Of a stretch of 64,000 nt of DNA, positions 1 through 22,600 are shown one piece after another. The notes under the pieces are model-generated. The model was not told the origin of the DNA and did no database searches. It saw nothing but the letters and a program-made list of their open reading frames with translations. Location of the stretch: positions 62,001-126,000 of the forward strand of contig JAQGDQ010000250.1 of NCBI GenBank assembly GCA_030141605.1, written 5' to 3'. A program made the position numbers and the translations under genes. The stretch's first letter is position 1, and every line of letters starts with the position of its first letter. Source of the stretch: Tubiluchus corallicola (Eukaryota > Animalia > Priapulida).

Positions 1-338
1 TTCCTGTGTAGTCTAACCGTTTTCCCCTGTTCTTTTTTTTGGTGCACTTGTTAATCTGCTTATACAAGCCTTTGTTTCTTTAGTTCACTGCAGAGCAATT
101 ATTCTTTTATAATAATGATAGTGTATAAATACTATAAGACATAATATTACCCTAATACTGTACTATGATGTAACAATACTGGTACATGTAGTTAGTTGCG
201 CTGTTTGTCGTTAAGAATTATCTTGTTTTATCCACCTACAGAGTTTTCAAAAAATGGTTAAAACGTTTGTAACAAAAAATAGTAATAATGATCCAATCAT
301 TACACTTTCGCTTGAATACAAATAATCTAGGGTCTCCT

Positions 339-705
339 TTCGGCCGGATTGCTCCATAGACTAGTGTAGGCTGCAGCTACCCTCAAGCTTTGGAAATAAC
401 TGGGAAAAAATTGTTTTTAAAGTACGGTTGTGTTAAAATATGTGCTAATTTAGTTTGCAATAAAAAGTAAAATATAGGTATTTCTTAAGGAATATTTTTA
501 TTGACAAGCAAAAGATAGCTATTCTAGGTTATTCAAAGAATTTGCTGTAAGCTGACTGCAAGCTACGCAAATGTTGCTAAAATATAATTATCACACAAGT
601 AAAAAATATTCAAGACGGGTGTGGGTGAGTTAGATGGTAAGTGCATCTGAGGAGGCCCCATAATTTCGCTAACCTAGGAGCCCCAGAAGTCATAATCCGG
701 CCATA
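339..705. mobile_element. hAT-type MITE (family A)
   Basis: TIR GGCCGGATT/AATCCGGCC and flanking 8-mers GGTCTCCT/GGTCACCT; reverse-complement homolog of 45370-45713. Confidence 0.7.
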
Positions 706-979
706 GGTCACCTATATAATAATTATTAAATGAAATTAATACTAGTACTCTGGTAATTGATCCTCTCCATGCGTACTAAAAAATTATTTTAAAAAAACAC
801 GAAATAGTACTAGTAAAACTTTATTTGAAAAATTTGTTGCAATTAAAATTTAATTAGTATAGTGATTATTATATAAAAATACACTTGACCTCAATAATGG
901 TTCTTTTATCTTTAAATTTTATTGCTGTGGTAGCCAAAAAAAGAGAACTGAGAGCCTGAGACTGAGAGTAGGTTGCTGA

Positions 980-1240
980 CACGTGAATGAACACCACGTG
1001 ACCTCTCATTATTAATCCGCCGATGAACTATTTTCCTTGGCGATTTAGGAATCATTCTCTTTATTCTGGAATTTATTTTAAAACAGATATATGGTAAAAT
1101 ATACTGCTGGCCGTGTGTTGTTTTAATGTGTGCTTAATTTTTTTGTTTCGCTTGTACTTCCGGAGTAAAGTGACTGTTGCGCAATCAAATTCGTATGAGT
1201 AAATCGGTCGAATGCGTCACAGCCGGCTCCTTCTTTTCGT
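980..1240 (+). promoter_or_regulatory. Putative eIF4A promoter with a TOP/TCT-like pyrimidine tract
   Basis: Two CACGTG E-boxes (980-985, 995-1000), ETS-like ACTTCCGG (1156-1163), TGCGTCA (1213-1219), and CTCCTTCTTTTC (1227-1238) about 25 nt before the ATG. Motifs only; the start site is not mapped. Confidence 0.5.
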
Positions 1241-1261
1241 ACACGCTACCATTGCAGTAAC

Positions 1262-10956
<9,695 letters not shown>

Positions 10957-11976
10957 CCCTCTTGAACTGCGGTCGTGATCGTGTATTGTAACTAACATAT
11001 GACTGGCGAGTTTTGTGACAAAACGTAATAGGATATTTATTTGGTCTCACGTCTGTACAGCAGCTGCAGCGAACGAGATATTCATTAAATGTGCTTGTAA
11101 AAGTACAAACATTCTCAAAGCATCTGGTGACTCTAAACATCTTTACCAGCGTAAAGACAATTTTTCACTGTCACCATTGGTGAAGTCTAATTTTGAGAAG
11201 TGTATTTTCTCAGATGTGCTTTATTGTCTATAGTTATACTCATTGGTACTGGATAAGTTTTTATTGTAGTTATATAGCGAGTGCCAATTAGCCCAACGGG
11301 TTACGGTACATTTTTCAACTTTGTTTCTTTGGTGGGGGGTAACTCTCTGGGCTGTTTGATTTACGTCCCAGTATTTTAACAGTCGCAAAAGCAAAAAATC
11401 ACAATTATATTTAAACCTACAAAAGGCAGTTGTAGTTGACCTCTAATATCAACAGTTGCATAAATCAGCTCACTGCAACGATAAAATTGCAGCTCCCGGT
11501 AAAAAATGTAAATTTGAACAACATTGCAACAATTTCATTCTGCAAATTTAAAAAAGTAAATTTCGGGGATTGAAATATTGCTCTATTGTTTAGATTCGCA
11601 TTTTACGTCATTGATTGCTTTGTCAAAGTAATTGAGAGGAAGTCGATGTAGCCTAGAAGAATTTGGAATTTCTTACTGAAATCGTTATTTCTGTCATTTT
11701 GTTTGTGCTAATAATTTATCCATGACTTTTACCAGAAATTGTTATAGTTCAAATTCTGTAATATGTTGTTCGGTGTTGATTCCTGTGTCCTATAATGCAC
11801 GTAACTAATGCAAAGTTTGTGAATGCTGTACTGTATTTTCTTTGACTTTGCATGTTTTGATCTGGCTTAGAGGGTTACCCCCCACCACAGTCATACTGAT
11901 GATGCGCGGTTTTCTGTCTGTTTCATAAATTCTTCACATTTTTGTTGATAAGATTTATGATTATAGAACTAAATTT

Positions 11977-11982
11977 ATTAAA
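11977..11982 (+). promoter_or_regulatory. Putative eIF4A polyadenylation signal (ATTAAA)
   Basis: ATTAAA followed 25-45 nt later by GT/T-rich sequence (TTGTCGATTTTGTGTTTATTT), implying a ~1-kb 3' UTR. Confidence 0.4.
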
Positions 11983-12739
11983 AACCATGTGTCACAAATT
12001 ATTGTGAATTGTCGATTTTGTGTTTATTTACAATGACACCTTCCTGCTTTTGAACCATTTTTTATCCCTTTCCCAAGACGAAACACAAATACACCACAGT
12101 GTGCCATAAGCAAAACGCAAAGCAGTACACAATTTATGGTGTTATAAAAGTCATATAACTATCGAGAGAAGATTACCTACACAAAGTAAAATACTTTGAC
12201 GTTTATTGATTAATGGACTCAATAAAATAGGAGTTTATTATAAAGTAACCTGGCATTCAATGAAAAAGCCTGTCAATGTGTGGCTAGGGTAAATTAAATA
12301 TCAATGCTATTAATTTGAGACACTCAAGAGCCATCTTGGCCTGTGTTAAAAAGTGTGGTACCCAGAATTGCTGACAGACAAAACCACCCAAGAGTACCCA
12401 ATGGCTTATTTTACATTAACAAGCAAACCACCATAATAACCATACTTATCTTTTCCCTTGTGGAGATTCTCTTGCACTGATTGCTATTATTTCTATGTAT
12501 GGTTGGTTGGCTGGAAACTATTGGTCTTGTTGTAACATTGAAATATTGCAGGTTGCACTTAAAAGTTTGCGTGGTGTCGCATTAATTTAAACCAATTTTC
12601 CTGAATTTTGAATTTCGCAAAAGATAAGCGATGCGCGTGTTTTTGCTTTGGTTTTAAAATAACGGCTGATCAAAGATTTCTTCTTTTGCTTTCTCTCTCA
12701 TGGTCTTGAACTTGGAACTTTTTATGGGAGTGTAGGACG

Positions 12740-12950
12740 CCGAGGAATCCATTAGCCGAAGCAGGACACTTCCGGCAAAACGCATGTGCCAAATTTGCGG
12801 AAAAGCAGTGACGTACATGGGCAGCCCAAGTAGGACACTAGCGTAAAAGAAAAACTATGTAGGGCACATAACTCGCTAACGCGTTTACTTAGTAGAAACA
12901 AATTATTTGTCCAAGAAGACCAGTGACGGATCACCTGTCTGTGAAGCATC
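12740..12950. promoter_or_regulatory. CpG-richer motif cluster, possible MAO promoter
   Basis: ACTTCCGG (12768-12775) and GTGACGTA (12808-12815) about 0.8-0.9 kb before the MAO ATG. An acceptor-like CTACAG at 13676-13681 suggests a non-coding first exon. Confidence 0.3.
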
Positions 12951-13101
12951 ACAAAATAAAAAAATGATGAATCGCCTAAAAAGTGCGCTTATTTCACTTC
13001 AAAGAAGATTAATATTGGCAACTATTAATTATTCTAGCTCAGAATAAAATTATTTTTTTATCAGATGTATAATAAATTATTCAACACGTATTGACGTTTT
13101 T

Positions 13102-13410
13102 AATTATTATTATTATTACATAACCAAGGACAACGGACGGTCCCAGTACGCTTAACGACTCAATTCGCCAGCTGTCTCTATTGTCCTACTTGGGCTAGTG
13201 GTTTATTCGGCGCCCAACAGGGAGGATTGTGCTTTGACGTTACCGGGATACAATCCAGGTATTAAACCTTCCACTTCCAAAGAAGCAAAGGGAAATAGCC
13301 TCACGTGGATGTATTTCGTAAAAAATACCTTAATGGAGCATCTCCAATTTTGAAAGATACTCCATCGAGGAGGGCAGCAAAAGAGCGTACCATTTGACGT
13401 TAGAAGGTGG
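13102..13410 (-). mobile_element. Possible highly decayed RTE-like LINE 3' end
   Basis: Minus-strand peptide remnants KWYALL..SD, TWI and NRDSWR followed by a (TAA)n tail; frames are broken. Confidence 0.3.
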
Positions 13411-13693
13411 ATGGTGTAATGTTCTTGGACGAATGATACACGTCATATAATGATATGAAGTCACTTACTGAAAAGTTATTTTAATAGAGTTGTGCTGGTT
13501 TTTATGAATGCGTTTGTTTCAGTAAGTTAAACAAACTAGTAAATCAAATAAATCATAAAAGATTAACGGATTTTTAACCAATTACAGAGTCAAAATATAA
13601 TGAGCTATGCTAGTGGAAAATTTGCGATTTTACTGAACTGTGAAGTCTAACGATTAGTCGCACAGTCAAAATAGACTACAGGCAATATTAAAT

Positions 13694-16600
13694 ATGGAGA
13701 ATACCTATGATGTTACCGTAATCGGCGCCGGAGTTAGTGGTAACGATTATCTACAGTGATTACTTTAGTTAGTTAGTTTTTGAAGGTGCACTTTCTAAAA
13801 GCAGTAAGTAGGATCCGAATCAGTCTGCATTCACTTTGTACTTTTTTTCATCTAAACATGCAAGTGTGTTTTTGCACAACATGAGATGCTTGCGCTTGCC
13901 AGACATGTGTACCGTGGTTCCCTATGCTGCCTCATTGTACATTGCACTGCAGTACATGGTAAGGTGGTATGTGGTACCATGGTACAATTAGAGGCAGTAT
14001 GCGGCGTCACAGGACACGGGACCGTTGAGCAAGCGCAAACGTCTCATATAATATTCTCGGGCACCAGCTAAATTTATTAGAATTAGAATTAGAATTCATT
14101 AATTTTTCATGTGTTAGTAAAAATATTTGTACAGTGTAACTATAACAAATTGCATTAAATTGTAGATATAACATATTAATTGTAGTTTCTTTGTATAAGT
14201 GAAGAAGCAACAAATGAACGTGGTTAATATTATCAAGTCAGCCACCTTATCAGTCAAATTTTGGATAATATTTCCAAGTCATACTTGGGCCTTAAAACCT
14301 ATTTAATCATTTTTCAAGTCAGACTTGACTAAAGTTTGTTATAATAATTATATTAACCTCGAAAATCTTTGTGCTTGTTCAAAAGTGTGCTTATCATTTG
14401 TGAGTCAAAATGATGGTCAGGATTAACCGAGTGACACGGATTTTCTGACAGTTGTTTAAAATTAAATGACATTTTTTCAATCACTTATTGATTATCATAG
14501 TACGGTGCTACACCCCATTTTGTATTGCTAATTTTGTTACCTGATGGCCTAAGCAATGATCAGTGTTGTTAATCAGAATATTTGTAGAACATCATAACAC
14601 AGCATCCCTAGCGGTTCAGGAAAGTATTGGTTGAAAAATACCAAGTTGTGAGTTGGGACCAAGGACAAGCAATCGATGCTATGTCATCTTTTTTGCCAAA
14701 ATCGAGTATTTGGCTATTATAAACTAGTGCTTTACCAAAATGCCAGTCTACTCAGGTAAAAACCCATAAACTTATACCATATATACTACTTGAATTTATT
14801 CTTTTCTTTTATTTATGCAGGATTAAGCGCTGCTAAGCTGCTCACAAATCAAGGCCTGGATGTTTTAGTACTGGAAGCGAGAGACAGGGTCGGAGGCAGA
14901 ACGCTAACTGCTAGGGTAAATTCGACAACTTCTTTTTTGAAATGGAGGGAGTTTAATTGCATTAGTTCTAATACATTTTTATTTTTGTTTGTTATTTCTG
15001 CATTGACCATATCTGTTACACATATTAATTAGTGTAATATGTTTTGCTATTGTGGCTGTGTCTAAGTAGAATATACTTATTCAGACATTTATATTAACCA
15101 TGTATATTTATAGGACAAGAAAATGGCCAACCAAAGGAAGCCTGAGAAAATTCGCAATAAAAAATTATATTACCTAAGTATAATCTTAAGCGAATAAAGT
15201 ACCCACGTTTTCGCATTAAATCTAATTTTTGTAAAATATTTCAACCGCTGCAATAAAACATTAGCGCAGACATGTTTCATTTAGTCCGCCAATTGAAAAA
15301 CCGCATGTGACTGATCACGTGGTATGACATCACTCGAACACAGTCGCAGTGTGTTCTGAGCACGTGTACTATAAAGATTTGTGTTGTGGTTCTGTGATGC
15401 CATCTAATATGGCGCCGCCGGGACAGTGTCGCAGGAGTACTTAAAATGAAAACAAACAGGAAATTCTTTTACCGTGAGTATGATAAACGCTTAAGATTAC
15501 TCCTAACCATTATAATTCTTTTGCAAAAATGTTCTGAGACTTGCTTTAACTAGGCCTTTTCTTGTCCTTTGATCATGAATACTCAAGTAACAGTTTTTCT
15601 GAAATCTTTTTTAAATTGTTGTGCTTTTTTGTCTTTGACATGATTTAGTAGAATTTATGCCATAACAAATTAATATGTGATTGTTTTTACATTTAGGCAC
15701 CAGAATATGGCGGTTACACAGACCTGGGTGGGGCGTACTTTGGGCCAACACAGAACCGGGTGTTTCGGCTTGCTAAGGAATTTGGTTTGAAATTTTTCTT
15801 TGTAAATGAGGTTGAGAATACAATTGATTTCAGGAAGGTAAATATTAAAATTGAAATTGTGTAAATAGTAAAACTGTCATAAAATCTTAATTTTGATCTA
15901 TAGAAGAGGTTATTTCTCTTTCAAATTGCAATGAAAGATTAACTACTTCTACAAGATTATGATATGCAGAGTGTCAGGAAATGATTGGCCAAATTGTACG
16001 GTAAGCAATAGACAGAATAGATCAAAAACATGAAAAACTCGTCTAATTTTGAATAAACAACAGCTACTTTGATACTGGTACTGTTGCCATTTTCCAGCTC
16101 ATGTGATTTCATGAAAGCGGTTTTAGTAAGCCACAGCCACTGGATCAGAAACACTAAAAAACTTTCGAATAACGTAGAATCCAAGTGCTTGCAGGCAAGG
16201 CAGTTGTGGTAGTAATTCTTTAATTATTAAGTTTAATATAAGTAATAACATAGTGTAAGCATAATTAAGTGCACAACAGAAATTAAATTAAACAAACTAG
16301 TTGCATTATTTTGCTCTGAAAATGCACGATTCGCCAACGCCAACAAGTGTCGTCCCAACACAAAGCACAGCAAAGCGCATTTTCTAGTTTTGCTTTATCT
16401 GGTTTCCTAAGATTACTTCATTATTTCACACAGACATTAGATTCAGTTTCAAATTCAATCGGCACAATCTGTAGACAGGTAATTAATTACACTTAATTAG
16501 CACACTATAATACTTGCATAAGCCTACACACAGGTACCATTACACTTTTTTATTCTAATATTACACAAGAAAAATTCAATGTTGTGGCATGATGGGGACC

Positions 16601-19600
16601 TTGGAGAAAGAGGTTGACTGTTGAGAATAGGGTGCTAAAAATACTTTTGCCTAGGGTGCCAAACTACCTATAGGTGATCTTGAAAGCTTATTTTAAACTG
16701 AACTTGATTATGGCAAAGTTGTTACATTAGCTGCATAATGACCTGCATTGCTTTTTCTGTTCTTTTTAAAGGGAACCCGCAGACTCTTCAAGGGTGTCGT
16801 ACCACCTGTGCGGAATCCACTTATACTTCTTGATTTGAATCATGTTTTGCGAGAACTTGATACTTTAGCTTCACAGGTATGCAGTGGCTATTTTCCTAGA
16901 ATGCTGCACCTATATGTGTTATTCGCAGAAACAGTCACGTTAAGAACCGTTCTGTTTCAAACCTGGTACATTTATTGTGCACTAATATGCTATACAATAT
17001 AGTGGTTTTACTTTGAATCTGAGGGCGGCTTTTCTTTTTAACCTCTTTGCCCAAGAATTTATGGAAGTCACATGCCTAGCAGTTTTTTTTTGAAGCACTT
17101 GCTACTTCAAACAGAATGTTTAATCAGTTCACTGTTGCTGTTATGCCACCAGTGCTGCAACAGTAATCTGCCAGTATTTCTTGCAGCTTTAAATTTCATG
17201 GAGCAACTAAGAGCGTAGAGTCAACTTTCAGAACTACAGTAGAATATGAAGCACAAAATCCTAATATTTAAAGTTTTTGAAATCTTTGCAGTGCCTACTA
17301 AGCTGAAGAGTGATGACTCGTACTTTGAAAGTAATTATACTACACCTGTCAATTAATAGATTCAGTCAATTAATTGGGTCAAAACTCTTTCATCCCAAAG
17401 TGAGGCTTTAAGGGGTGTCTGCTGTATATTCAAATTTCTGAGGGTCCTTTTATTTGGTATTACAAGTGTTATAACAGTGTTTGTATTTAGATCCCCTGTG
17501 ATGCTCCGTGGAAGGCGAAGAACGCAAGAGAATGGGACTGTATGACGGTGCGAGAATATGTCAACAGGGAATGTTGGTTTAAGTACGTTCTTTGTAAAAA
17601 AATAGAAGTGCACTTGTGTATTTCGTGTGCTGTGTAAACTTAATTCCTTCCTACTCAATGCAACTCAGTCAAGAATTTTTTTCAGTAATTCTGTAGATGT
17701 TTTAACATATTAAAATACTTTATGCTGTTTAATACAAATGAGCATTTAAGTGCTAAGATTCACTGTAGAATCCCAAATTTCATATTGAAGTTGAACATTT
17801 ACTGTGACTAAATGACATATCTTGGGGTTACGTTACGTGCTTCAAGCACAGATTCAGCAGTTCACTAGCATAGTCTGCTCATTGTGGCATGATTGGAACT
17901 AGGGCCGTTATCAAGGATGCTTTGTAAGATTATCAAAGATAAACTCTCAGATGAGCCACTGAATCAGCAGATACGTCTTCCGATTTATGTATTCCTCCCT
18001 CTCCAAGATAATCAACTAAAGTCCTTATGGCATTGAAGCTACCTAGAGCGAGTACCAAACCCACACAATTACCAGCCATTCACACAAAACCATTCATATG
18101 TGCACCTCATCACTCAGCTATGAACCCTCATCACAACACAATCACATATGGCACTCATTTGACTGCCTAGTTCATCATTAGTGTGACATATTTGCCGCCT
18201 TCCTCTGACATGCTTTTTAAATCACTCAACTGGTTTCACAGTTTGCATGAAATTTTGCACTATGTACAACTGCCCTTATTTCATAAAGTTCATCATAAAT
18301 CTTGCTGACAGTACCACATCACGTGTCACTCTTTTGGGCAACCTCTTCACAGTCTAATACTGTGACTAAATTGTAATTCGTACAGCGACTAAAAATGATC
18401 CAATAATTTTGTCTGTTTGTTTAGAATTTTTGCATGTTTTTAGATTCTCTTTCTAAATAATAGTCTTTAAAATAAACTATTGTTTCAGCTACACAGCAGA
18501 AATCATTACTATAGCCGTGAATTCGATCCTAACTTCTGAAACCCATGAAGTTTCTATGCTGTACTTTCTCTGGTACATTCAAAGTGGACAGGGTGTAAAC
18601 AGGCTAACCAACATCACTAATGGAGCTCAGGTTACCATTTATTAATTTTACTTACTAAGAACAAACTTTTAAGATAGCAGAAAAGGTAGCATTGAACATT
18701 AGCAAATTTTATTTTATTCGACTAATTGATAAGTGAATAAGTTTAACAACTTTGATTCTGTTTTTCAGGAACGTAAGATAGTGGGCGGTGGCCAGCGACT
18801 CAGTGAATGTATGGCTGACGAACTTGGCAGTAAGAAACTGCTTCTGTCCGAGCCAGTGATTAAAATAAACCAGACTGATACTGCCGTGACTGTCACAACC
18901 AGTTCTGGCAAGTCGTTCAAGGTATCTGATGCCCACTACGTCTGCCATTTTGTAATATATGATGCAGCATCTAGTAAGAAGCATAAAATGTGATGAACGA
19001 TGAAACTTCTATTATTTCCAGAATATCTATGCGTTTATAGTAAAAAAAATCTGCTTTTTTGTACATCATCACTTACCGTTTAAAAAGTTCAGAAACGCAT
19101 ATACATTATTTGGTTTGATAATAAAGCAATTAGTGATTATACATATTACGTAATACACTGGTAATACAGAGTGGTATATAACCTTTTGCAGGGAAGCCGC
19201 AAATACAATAAGTAATAGCACAGATCGATTTATCGACGACAAACTATTGCTGAAACATTAACAAGTCTTTAATGTGCTTATTATTTAATGTGGAAGCTCA
19301 CATATTAGATGTAAAACTTCGATTAGATTTTATTGACTAAATCTTACTGGGTAAGACACATATAAAGGCCTTAACAATGTTAATAAACACAGACTAAAAA
19401 CAGCCCAGTCGCACAAACCAACTTGAACAATAAAAATTACAAATCACTTTACTATAAATGTCAGCAGCAGCTATACATATCTTGTAGTCTGTAGGAATAT
19501 GATCACAACAGCAACTGAAAAAAATTAAAACTCTCCAACACATATTGCAGATGTTTCACTAGCTTGTATTTTGAATGCTGATCAATGGTCTGCTCTTGGA

Positions 19601-22600
19601 TCAACTTAGCATTCACCACGACTTTTAGGATAGCGCTACTGCGGGGACAAAACAGGCAAATTTCCGGGCCGCTCAATTCGATAAAAAGTCAATTCCAGAG
19701 TTTTCATTTAACAGCTGTGATTACATCACTCAAGGTGAGGTGCATGAGACCTCCTCACTAAATACTCAGTGCATAATAGTTTCTCTGTTGTTTCAGTAAT
19801 ACTTTGGTATTTTACAGCATTCTGTACTTCACTTGTTTTTGTAATCCACCCATCCCCCCAAGAAAAGGACTGAGGTCATGAGATTTGCTCACTAAATACT
19901 AAGTGCATAATAGTTTCTCTATAAGCTGTTCTTATATGCCCCGAGAAAGAGGTTATGTACCACCCTGTCTAATGCCAAGTATTAAAAGTATCCTGACTGC
20001 ATCTTTTGTTGTACGTAGTGAAATTAAATCTCAATAAAACGTTTTGCCATTGTTATATGCATTACTGAGTATGGACAAACTTATACCACTGTACATAATT
20101 GTAATGGTGAACCACAAGTACTAGTTGTTGTTCTTCAACACATTTCTACTTACTCATTTTGTGTTGTAATTCTTTTGTAGACAAAGCATGTCATAAGTGC
20201 CGTGCCACTTGCATTGTTGAACAGGATCGAGTTCATACCGTGTCTGCCACCGCTAAAGATCCAACTCATCCAGCGTATTCCTATGGGATCGATTATAAAG
20301 ACAATGACTTTCTATCATACCGCGTTCTGGCGAGAGAAGGGTAATTTATTTACAGGATATATTTGATTTTCTCTCATCTAATTGCTAACATTTCTGCTCG
20401 TTTTCAGTGAGATATATAAGTGTCAGAGCTTTGAACTTTTATGACAATTGAAAAAATACATTTGCTATTAAAATATTCGATTTAACAAATGGCCACTTAC
20501 AAATGGCGCTGTACATGTGGTCATTTTGTGCCTTCATTAGAGTTTATCACTTTTTAATTGACTAGCAACTAAGTTTTTAAACCTCAGTGTTACACAACTG
20601 TTCACGGCTGTGTGATACTTGTTTTCAGGGGTGTATCAAGACTTTACGACGCCCTAGGCTGATAGTGCTGTCCTGCGTATCTCTACGTGAATGTATAGTT
20701 GCTTATGTAATGAGAGGATTAAACAATTACTTGCTTCATGAAATTGAGTGAAAAAGTACAAGGCAGTCATTTTATACATTAGTTAGACTTAATCACTTTT
20801 TGGTTGACTAGCGGCTAAGATACTTGTTTTGGTGTTTTATAGCCAACTGCCATTATATGGAAACCAGAAAAATAGAATTGTTCATGACCGCCTGAATTTG
20901 TCCTGTAGAATTCTTGCTAGGAACTTCATCAATGAGCAAATTAGTGGAAAAACTACATTACGACAATAATTTCTATTTTAAAATAAGTAAAGCATGTATT
21001 GCAGAATTCAGACGTCTTTTGTGATGTAATGTTCCCCTAGCTGTTAAACATTGATATCGAACATTGAGGCACTTTATAAACTTTAGTGCTTTTCTGTGTT
21101 TTTATGCAGGTTTGTGTGGAACTGTGATAAGCCACGATGGACCGGTCAAGTTTTGCGTGGACGATTGTAAGCCAGACGGTTCTGCTCCTTGTATAATGGG
21201 TTTTATCCTTGCCGACACAGCTAGAGAACTGTGTGACATGACACCCGAACAAAGGTATAATTCATTGATTCATCATCTTTGCACGTGATATAGTGACATT
21301 TTTGAGAGGTGCATATCATTTTGCTAGGAATATAATGTCTAACAGTATCTACTTGATGCAGAAAATGTAGAGAAAAAGTTAACTTAAAAGTTAACTTAAA
21401 ACCATTCCACATTGCCCCCAAACCTATTATGTCAACAGTAGGTATTGAAACCGGGTGTCATAGCTGAATGGTAGCTTGCTGGTCTCCCACCCGAGAAGTC
21501 GCGGGTTCAACTCCTGGCCGAGTCCTACCAAAGCCTTAGAAAACGTTACCGCTGGTTCATCTAGCACGCACGCGGGTTTATCACTACAACTTTGGGGTAA
21601 TAATAATCGAACCACCTTGGAAATAAGTATTGAGTTACTTAAGGTGTTTTCCCTGGATTGTGTCCTAAGCAAAATTATAATAATAATTGTTATTATAAAA
21701 TCGACTACAAAGTGATCTTTTGCACATATCAGCTGATTGTTTGATAGCCTGTACTTTAGGTAAATGGTGGACATAACACTTTTTAAATTTAATCAAACTA
21801 ATTTTACATTTCTTATTGTTCAGTATCAGAAAATTTTTTATTTGATGTTTGGCTTTACCTTTCTATCCCTTTTTAAAACATTGTACATTCCTGGCAAAAG
21901 GTCGTGTGCAACCTCGTATATGAAGTTACCCGAAAGCGTAGAAACTCTGCAATAGTTCTGTAACTTTGGATGTGACAGAGTTGTGCACAAAATGTGCATA
22001 GAGCTACGTATACACTAATGTGTAGGTTAATGTTAGCCCATGGTTTGTTAGCCTACTGTGAAATTTTTTTACGTAATTTAGTTAACAACTTTTTGTGCGT
22101 ATTTATTTTCTCCGTTTCATTCTTATAGGAGAGACATTGTTTGCAAGCACTATGCACGATCCTTCGGTTTGCAGGAGTTTTTAAATGTAAGTACATATGT
22201 CTGATATTGACAAATTTGTCTGCAAACAAAAACCTCACAAGGCTACATTATAGCTAAACTTAGTAAAAGCTGATGTCTGTTTTGACACCTTATCTCTAAT
22301 CTAGTACAAAGGGCATTTGCTATACCTACTCACTGCTCTTTTTCACTACATTTTTTCACCTTACTGATAACTCTTCTTTTTTAACATTACAAACTCAGTT
22401 TAACCACTATTAATACTTTAGCCTTTTTTTTGTTTTGCCATTTGTTTCGTTTGTTTCTTTCTCTTTAACTTCCACCAGTAAATGGACAGCTGGCAGCTGA
22501 TAGTTCAGGCATGTAATTAAACCAAGTGCAGTGCTTGCTATTGTTTCTTGCTCTGTTTTGTCCATCATTAAAATGATTCTGTACATTTATTGGACTGCTC

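Noticed and set aside
19754-19920. 33-bp direct repeat CTCACTAAATACT.AGTGCATAATAGTTTCTCT as LTRs or a TSD
   Set aside because: Only two copies ~100 bp apart with no element features; most simply a local duplication.
21451-21520. tRNA genes at the SINE heads (also 28988, 43180, 44697, 57700)
   Set aside because: A and B boxes are present but the cloverleafs are broken, and each head continues into a shared repeat body.
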